DNA of 64,000 nt from Octopus vulgaris (lineage: Eukaryota). Shown here one piece after another: positions 55,575 to 64,000 of this stretch. The translations under genes and the position numbers were made by a program. Location: positions 68,200,001-68,264,000 of the forward strand of contig OX597827.1 in NCBI GenBank assembly GCA_951406725.2, read 5' to 3'. The number at the start of each line of letters is the position of its first letter. Position 1 is the stretch's first letter. Under the pieces are notes generated by a model. The model had not been told where the DNA came from. It saw only the letters and a list, made by a program, of their open reading frames with translations, and did no database searches.

Positions 55575-56160
55575 AATTACTTGACTGCGAAAGACAAAAT
55601 TTTTTTTTTTTTTTGTCGAATAGTAGGTTTTACATTTCCCTTGTTTCAGTCTGCGGCCATGCTGTGGTAGAACTTGAAAGGGTTTAGCCAAAGAAATCGA
55701 TCCCACAACTTATTTTGAAGTCTGGCACCTATACTATCGATCAATTTTGTTGAACCGCTAAATTACTTGACTGCGAAAGACAAATTTTTTTTTTTTTTTG
55801 TCGAATAGTAGGTTTTACATTTCCCTTGTTTCAGTCTGCGGCCATGCTGGGGTACAACGTGAAAGGGTTTAGTCAAACAAATCGATCCCACAAGTTATTT
55901 TGAAGTCTGGCACCTATACTATCGATCACTTTTGTTGAACCGCTAAATTACGAAAATGTAAATAAACCGATAAAGACAATTTTTTTTTTTGTCGAATAGT
56001 AGGTTTTACATTTCCCTTGTTTCACTCCGCGGCCATGCTTGGGTACAACTTGAAAGGGTTTAGTCAAACAAATCGATCCCACAAGTTATTTTGAAGTCTG
56101 GCACCTATACTATCGATCAATTTTGTCGAACCGCTAAATTACGAAAATGTAAATAAACCG
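55575..56160. repeat. Tandem triplication of a ~190-210-bp unit containing a degenerate family C 3' part
   Basis: aaagacaa(t)ngtcgaatagtaggttttacatttcccttgtttca...gaaccgctaaattac occurs three times. Confidence 0.9.
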
Positions 56161-56581
56161 ATATTGGTTATCAAGAGTTGTGGAAGATAAAGACATATAT
56201 ACACAGGTATATATAGATATACATATATACATTCAATGATAATTGATACCTACTTAAAGCTGGGTGGAAGAAGACATTTAACCCCTGGTCAAAGATACTA
56301 GGCAGTATCTTATGATTAAAGGCGTTTAAGGCGTTCTGATCAATCACGGCTCTCTTGTATTTGATTAAATTTCATTATTAATTTGTGTCAAGTTCAAGTA
56401 AAACTGCATTATCCAATGTGTTTCATCTTCTCTTTGTTTTTGTTTTTTTAAATACAATACATTTGAAGGAGATTCGGTTATCATTTCTCTCAGATTGAGC
56501 GACAACATGATGATTCATTCCCTCGATGGTGTATGGAAAAATATTGAGTTAACTATCCTGGCCATAGTACATCTGACCAAA

Positions 56582-56969
56582 TGGAGGCGCAATGGCCCAG
56601 TGGTTAGGGCAACGGACTCGCGGTCATAGGATCGCGGTTTCAATTCCCAGACCGGGCGTTGTGAGTGTTTATTGAGCGAAAATACCTAAAAGCTCCACGA
56701 GTCTCCGACAGGGGATGGTAGTGATCCCTACTGTACTCTTTCACCACAACTTTCTCTCACTCTTACTTCCTGTTTCTGTTGTACCTGTATTTCAAGGGGC
56801 CGGCCTTGTCACTCTCTGTGTCACGCTGAATATCCCCGAGAACTACGTTAAGGGTGCACGTGTCTGTGGAGTGCTCAGCCACTTACACGTTAATTTCACG
56901 AGCAGGCTGTTCCGTTGATTCGGATCAACCGGAACCGTCATCGTCGTAACCGACGGAGTGCTTCTATAT
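56582..56969 (+). mobile_element. SINE family B, full length
   Basis: TSD atctgaccaaa at 56571-56581 and 56970-56980. Confidence 0.9.
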
Positions 56970-57484
56970 ATCTGACCAAATGCGAAATATCGACTCTTCG
57001 GCCAGCTAGTCAGTCATACATACAATAACAACTTATCATTCATTAAAACACGGCCATTTTCCAGTTTTTCATTCTAGCAAATTAAACCAATAATAATTAA
57101 GAAGAGATGGCAGTTTGGAACGTGCTGCACTAAGAATCTAAAATTGTGCTAAACGAATCAATAAATTTCCCTTTTGTGTGCCAATTTCTCAACGTTACTG
57201 TTTACATATGTTGTCAAATAATCGCTCCTCCCTCAAATAGCTTAGCTGTGAGAATGGCGAACGACGACAAATTTGGTATAAAAAGTTGTCAGTCTCTCAT
57301 TAGTCTTTCTGATACATTATCTCCATTATACACCTTTCCTATGATGTTTATGTCTATTGGACATCTAAACACAACAGTATTCCCCGTGTAATAAAACAAT
57401 GTTTAGTCTGTTTTATCAGCGTGTATACCGCAGCCTCGATTCATTTTGTTCATTTATTTATTATTATTATTATTTTTATATTTA

Positions 57485-58315
57485 GGCGGCAAGCTGGCAG
57501 AAATGTTAGCACGCCGGGCAAAATGCGTAGCCGTATTTCGTCTGTCGTTACGTTCTGAGTTCAAATTCCACCGAGGTCGACTTTGCCTTTCATCCTTTCG
57601 GGGTCGATAAATTAAGTACCAGTTACGCACTGGGGTCGATGTAATCGACTTAATACCTATGTCTGTCCTTGTTTGTCCCCTCTGTGTTTAGCCCCTTGTG
57701 GGTAATAAAGAAATAGGTATTTCGTCTGTTTTTACGTTCTGAGTTCAAATTCCGCCATTTATCGTTTGGGGTCGATAAATTAAGTACCAGTTCCGTACTG
57801 GGGTCGATCTAGTCGACTGGTCCCCTCCCCAAAAATGTCGGGCCTTCTGCTTAGAGTAGAAAAGAATATATATGACATTTAAGGCGGCGAGCTGGCAAAA
57901 ACGTTAGTACGCCGGGCAAAATGCTTAGTGGTATTTCGTCTGCCGTTTCGTTCTGAGTTCAAATTCCGCCGAGGTCGACTTTGCCTTTCATCCTTTCGGG
58001 ATCGATTAAATAAGTACCAGTAACGCACTGGCGTCGACGTAATCGACTCAATCCGTTTGTCTGTCCTTGTTTGTCCCCTCTGTGTTTAGCCCCTTGTGGG
58101 CAGTAACGAAATAAGAAACATTAGCACGTCAGGTAAAATACTTAATGGTATTTCGTCTGTCTTTACGTTCTGAGTTCAAATGCTGCCGAGGTCGACTTTG
58201 CCTTTCATCGTTTCGGGTCGATAAATTAGGTACCAGTTACGCACAGGGGACGATCTAGTCGACTGGCCCGCTCCCGCAAAATTTCGAGCCTTATGCCTAG
58301 AGTAGAAAAGATTAT
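57485..58315 (+). mobile_element. Two consecutive SINE family A dimers
   Basis: Heads at ~57485 and ~57883, each followed by two cores. Confidence 0.85.
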
Positions 58316-58477
58316 TTTTTTTCATGTATGTAATATTCACTCTGCATCACACACTGCCTACAAATTACAGAGCATTGTATTTTTGTTATGACTAAGCCAA
58401 CATTTACGATGGTCTTGCTGATATTTTCAATTTGTTTGTTTTTTGTTTCTTTTTTCTTTTTTTTCCGTTTACTTTTT

Positions 58478-58671
58478 TACTCTTTTACTTGTTTCATTCA
58501 TTTGACTGCGGCCATGCTGGAGCACCACCTTCAGTCGAACAAATTGACCCCAGGACTTATTCTTTGTAAGCCTAGTACTTATCCTATAGGTCCCTTTTTT
58601 TCCGAACCGCTAGGTTACGGGGACGTAAACACACCAATATTGGTTGTCAAGCGATGGGAGGTGGGGGACAA

Positions 58672-58708
<37 letters not shown>

Positions 58709-58867
58709 CATACGACGGGCTTCTTTCAGTTTCCTACCAAATCCGTTCACAAGGCTTTGGTCGGCCTGAGGTTATAGTAGAAGACACTTGCCCAAAATGC
58801 CCCGCAGTGGGACTGAACCCGGAACGATGTGCCTGGTAAGCAATCTACTTACCACACAGTCACTCCT
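58478..58867 (-). mobile_element. SINE family C
   Basis: Collinear with 41319-41735. Confidence 0.85.
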
Positions 58868-59488
58868 TTGTTTTTTTCCCTTTTCGTTCGTTTGCTTGCT
58901 TGTTTTTCAATACAGAGAATATAAAATACCAGAGAATAGACTACTCGCTGCTCAGACAAAGTCTTCAGACCAAATCTACTGCAGGTGTTTTGTTGCATAC
59001 ACGACAAGATTGCTTTATTTCTATTCAACTCAAAGAACATATCAGGTGAAGGAATATGCACTGAATCTACTGGGGTTTTGTTATCCGTGATAGACAGCTA
59101 TTTTACACATAGAAAGCGTATCTTTTATACTCACCTCACGAGCTGTTATATAATCCAGAGTTAAACAGTGTTTCTCGGTGTATATTTTTTCAGACTAGCA
59201 TTTTCCATTTACCGATAGTATATATTACTCATTCTCCACCAATTCTACGAAGCTGGTGTGTTTTGTGAAAATGACTGATTTTTTTCTTTTTCTTTTTTTC
59301 TTGTATTTTTTTTTTGGTTCCGTATTTATTATTCTTTGTATTTTCGAGCAATTTAGCGAGAGGGTTATATGGGGTTTACTGACACCAGCTTTCAAGCTCT
59401 TGCTTGCTTCGCATTTATATGCAGTTCTCGTTTACATTCCAGTGTGTGTATGTGCGTGTGTGTGTTCCTGTCTCTCTGCTACCCCCCC

Positions 59489-59519
<31 letters not shown>

Positions 59520-59556
59520 TACAGACACACATTATATATATATATATATATATATA

Positions 59557-59970
59557 GGCGTAGATGTGGCTGTGTGGTAAGTAGCTTGCTTACTAACCAC
59601 ATGGTTCCGGGTTCAGTCCCACTGCGTGGCACCTTGGGCAAGTGTCTTCTACCATAGCCTCGGGTCGACCATAGCCTTGTGAGTGGATTTGGTGGACGGA
59701 AAATGAAAGAAGCCCGTCGTATATATGTATATATATCTGTGTGTGTGTGTGTGTGTGTGTATGTGTGTGCATATGTTTGTTCCCCACAACATCGTTTGAC
59801 AACCGATGCTGGTGTGTTTAGGTCCCCCGTAAATTAGCGGTTCGGCAAAAGAGACCGATAGAATAAGTTCAAGGCTTACAATGAATAAGTCCTGTGGGCG
59901 ATTTGATTCAACTAAAGGCGGTGCTCCAGCATGGCTGCAGTCAAATGACTGAAGCAAGTGAAAGAGTAAA
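59557..59970 (+). mobile_element. SINE family C, full length
   Basis: ggcgtagatgtggctgtgtggtaag...ccgggttcagtccc...accttgggcaagtg...(TG)n...aaagagtaaaa. Confidence 0.85.
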
Positions 59971-59992
59971 AGTGTATCTATATATCTATCTA

Positions 59993-60126
<134 letters not shown>

Positions 60127-60680
60127 GTATATATAGATATATATATATATATATACATTCAATCCTGTTGGAAGCTCAGTGAGATCAACATGTAAAGATA
60201 GATCGATAGATAGATAGATAGATAGATAGATAGGTGTGTGTGTGTGTGTCGCTTTAAGTATGTACACAAGCATACACACATATGTACTTATAGGGTCTGG
60301 TTGCATGTGCGTGCGTATATGCATGTATGTGTATATGTGTTTGTGTGTAATTTAAAGACACATTCATGTGGACAGTTTTTAACGCAAAAATAGCCTTAAC
60401 CAAAAGGTTTGGATATTTACGTCTCTCCGCGTGTGTGTGCGTGTGCGTGTGTTATGGCGGGACCTGCATATTTTATAAAGATCCTATCGGTCGACCTTCA
60501 AAGTATTATTTTTCTCTATTGTCAACACTCGCTTTCTTGCTTCTCATTTTTTTTAATGTTCTCGTTATGTCACAGGAGAGATTTCAAGTTAGTTTGTATG
60601 CTTGTAGAAAATGTATTGTATAAGCCAGCACCTTGCTCCCTGAGCAATAAGGACATTTATGTGCATCTGTTTTATTTTAC

Positions 60681-60721
<41 letters not shown>

Positions 60722-60913
60722 GTGTTTATTCAAGTGTGTACCTTTGGGTATATTTCGTGTGTATAATATGTGAGCGTATATTTATATTCACATACGTATG
60801 TATGCACGTCAATGTATAACAATATGTGTGTACATGTATGCATGCATGTGAATCAGTTTATGACAAGAACAGTATCGAATTATATTTATATATGAAATTA
60901 ATACACACACACT

Positions 60914-60964
<51 letters not shown>

Positions 60965-61859
60965 CGCTGTCCACACCTATCTACAAACACTAATGTGTAC
61001 ATATGCTTAATTACATCTGTAACAATGTTTAGTTTCTGTATCTATTACACATATATCTATTCTCTCTCTTTCCCCCCTCGCTTTATACATTATATATATA
61101 TATATATGACATATGAATATGTTTGAGTTTAATCCATTATTTTAAAGATCCTTTATAATTTATTAGTGCTCTGTATTTAGTTTGGAACATATACGTTGTT
61201 CATCACCAGTCGCAAAGCCTCCATATTTTAGAGAAGAGGCAAATACTGTGGCGTTCAGTCCTTTCCCAACCATATTCGTGATCTAAGCGAAGTGAAATGA
61301 CTTCATCAACTGGAGATGAAAAGCGTATCGCATTCTCGGCATACTAACAGCTTTCTTAATATATTAAATATCACAATGCATGAATGCAAGCATATGTACA
61401 CTTATCTACTAATACAATTGGCAGTGTGTCTCCTCTTTCTCTATATTTGTCCGCACCCACTGGTACACTCATCAAAGTTAATTAGCTGCTGTGATATTTT
61501 CACTATGTCTATAGATTTGTCAATATATAAACAAACTAGATACTGAGTAGAAACGTACATTGTAAGCTTAACAGTTGATATATAATTTGCATAGAGTTGT
61601 ATATAATTGTATATATATATATTCTATTAAGTGGATTAAGGGGAACGTTTATACTTTCAAGTAAGCCCTTTAAACACACTTTGCCTCAGGTACTTAAAAC
61701 TGTATATTTATTATCATCTATGGGTACTCATAGTACATTAATAACGAGGCGGATAAGTGCCGAAGAGCAAGAGTAAAAATATGCGAATGAGCTGAGAAGA
61801 GGGTGCTGTAAGGTATATCATAATAATAATAATGGTAATGATGAGGGGTAGGAGGAGGA

Positions 61860-62240
61860 AGCCTGAAATTTGGGGATGGGTGAAAGTCGATTACATTGCC
61901 ACCCCTCCCACCAATATTCCACTGGTACTTAATTTATCGACCCCGAAAGGATGAAAGGCAATCCATTTTAATCCAATTTATCATATAATTGAATCCAACA
62001 TGAAATGGCGTCCTCTGTGTTAATATTCTTTACTGCACTAGGCACAAGGTTCGAAATTTTGGGGGAGGGGGCGAGTCGACTAGATCGACCCAGTACGCAA
62101 CTGGTACTTAATTTATCGACCAAAGAAGTATGAAAGGCAAAGTCGACCTCGGCGAAATTTGAACTCAGAACGTAAAGACGGCCGAAATGTCGCTGAACAT
62201 TTTTCCTGGCGTGCTAACGATTCTGCCAGCTCGCTTCCTT
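61860..62240 (-). mobile_element. SINE family A antisense pieces including a segment duplicated from 34632
   Basis: Antisense core twice; intervening unique sequence matches 34632-34700. Confidence 0.8.
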
Positions 62241-62438
62241 AATAATAATAATTATTATGATAATAATAATAGTAATCCTTTCTGAAATTTTGGGGGAGTT
62301 AGTAAGTCGATTAGTAGTGTGTTGATGTGTTGAGTAGAACACTGGCACAGTTTGGGCTACCTGGTGTCATCCGTAGGTAGAACACATTTCCGTTGGATCT
62401 ACCTCAAGAACTCCGCAGTATTAGCTGTGATAATGTTG

Positions 62439-62604
62439 ATTGATTAAGCAACCAGAAGATGGATTTGGTATTGATCTTCATTTTGTATAACAATCGTTTC
62501 GACCCATCCTTCTGCTGTCCGTTATGGTTGGGACATGGGTCGAAACGATCAGTGTTACAAACTAAAGATTAATACGAAATCCAGCTTTTGGTTACTTAAT
62601 CAAT
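62439..62604. repeat. Degenerate inverted repeat (~70-bp arms, 27-bp loop)
   Basis: attgattaagcaacc...atcgtttcgacccat versus atgggtcgaaacgat...ggttacttaatcaat. Confidence 0.8.
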
Positions 62605-62609
62605 TATCA

Positions 62610-62993
62610 GTGGAGGCGCAATGGCCCAGTGGTTAGGGCAGCGGACTCGCGGTCATAGGATCGCGGTTTCGATTCCCAGACCGGGCGTTGTGAGTGTTTA
62701 TTGAGCGAAAACACCTAAAGCTCCACGAGGCTCCGGCAGGGGATGGTGGTGATCTCTGCTGTACTCTTTCACCACAACTTTCTCTCACTCTTTCTTCCTG
62801 TTTCTAGTATACCTGTATTTCAAAGGGCCGGCCCTGTTACTCTCTGTGTTACGCTGAATATCCCCGAGAACTACGTTAAGGGTACACGTGTCTGTGGAGT
62901 GCTCAGCCACTTACACGTTAATTTCACGAGCAGGCTGTTCCGTTGATTCGGATCAACCAGAACCCTCATCGTCGTAACCGACGGAGTGCTTCC
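62610..62993 (+). mobile_element. SINE family B, full length
   Basis: 12-bp TSD aatcaattatca at 62598-62609 and 62994-63005. Confidence 0.9.
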
Positions 62994-63708
62994 AATCAAT
63001 TATCATTATATGTATGTATGTATAACCGGTTTCACTGGTGTCGAAGCAATTGGAGGAAATATAATTTTGTGTCGTATTAAACAAAAGAAACTGATATTGT
63101 TGCTTGAGAAGAGCCAAGTTTCTGAGAAACGGAATTCACATCTCAAGTTTCGATTCCAGCTTCGAGTCGTGTAAATTACACGTTCTTATAAATATCCTTT
63201 CGTTCAAATTCATGATATTATAACTCAGATAGAGAGCAGTTTTTATTGTTATGTATTATTCTATCAGCTGAAATAGAAATTATTTAAAATAATATACTCA
63301 ATAATGCGCATATCTGAGGTTTTTTATTTTATCTAGCACGGCAACCTGCTTTTTGCGATCAAGAGATTCCATTCCTTGTCAGCAGCTGTGAACATTTGTG
63401 TTATTTCTCTTAAAGCATCTTCTCATGTAACTCGCAGAGAACTACAGAAACGAAATACTGAAAAAAAAAATACAAAAAAGAAAAAAATATAGATATAAAA
63501 ATAAATATACAATATGGGAAAAAAAAACAAAAAAAAACACAGCAGAGGAAATGATGAGAAGAATCTGAACGAGAGAAACAGGAGGTAGAAGGGCGGTAGG
63601 GGTGCAACGAACAGGGGGTAGGGGTGCAACGAACAGGGGGGTAGGGATTGAGACTGAACGAAAGAAATGCAGACGAACAAAACAAGACAAAAATACAACA
63701 ATAATGGC

Positions 63709-63742
<34 letters not shown>

Positions 63743-64000
63743 GACAAATAAATAAATAAAAAATTGCCCATTTCTAAAGATAGAGACGAGTTTACAGACG
63801 GGTGGTATTCTAGTCGTGCTGCAACGAAATGTGCGCTGCATAACCTTTGCAGAGTGCAGTACAACCCAGTTCCTTATGATGCTGTAGGCTTCGAAGAGAA
63901 GAGAAGAGAAAAGCAAAAAAAAAAAAAAAAAAGAAATCGTTTTAGTCTAGCAACCACCAGACTTAATGTTTAAGTGTCTCAAAAATCTTGGTTTATCTTC

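Overview
AT-rich eukaryotic DNA full of microsatellites and SINEs. The repeat landscape (tRNA-headed SINE multimers, SINEs with internal (TA)n(TG)n, long (TA)n runs) suggests an octopus or other coleoid cephalopod; that assignment is an inference. Only one host protein-coding segment is supported: a 3,715-bp + strand internal exon (3847-7561, AG/GT bounded) of an MMP21-like matrix metalloproteinase. About 1,076 aa of Ser/Thr/Asn-rich low-complexity sequence, with several extra convertase-type basic sites, lies between its cysteine switch (SRCGNKD) and its activating furin site (RKRR). I saw no further MMP exon, so the remaining ~56 kb is probably one large intron. That region holds at least three SINE families (many with TSDs), CR1- and RTE-type LINE fragments, Merlin-like and Tigger-like MITEs, Helitron/Helentron non-autonomous elements, long hairpins, hammerhead-ribozyme-like motifs and local duplications. 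Almost all other listed ORFs are read-throughs of microsatellites or SINEs.
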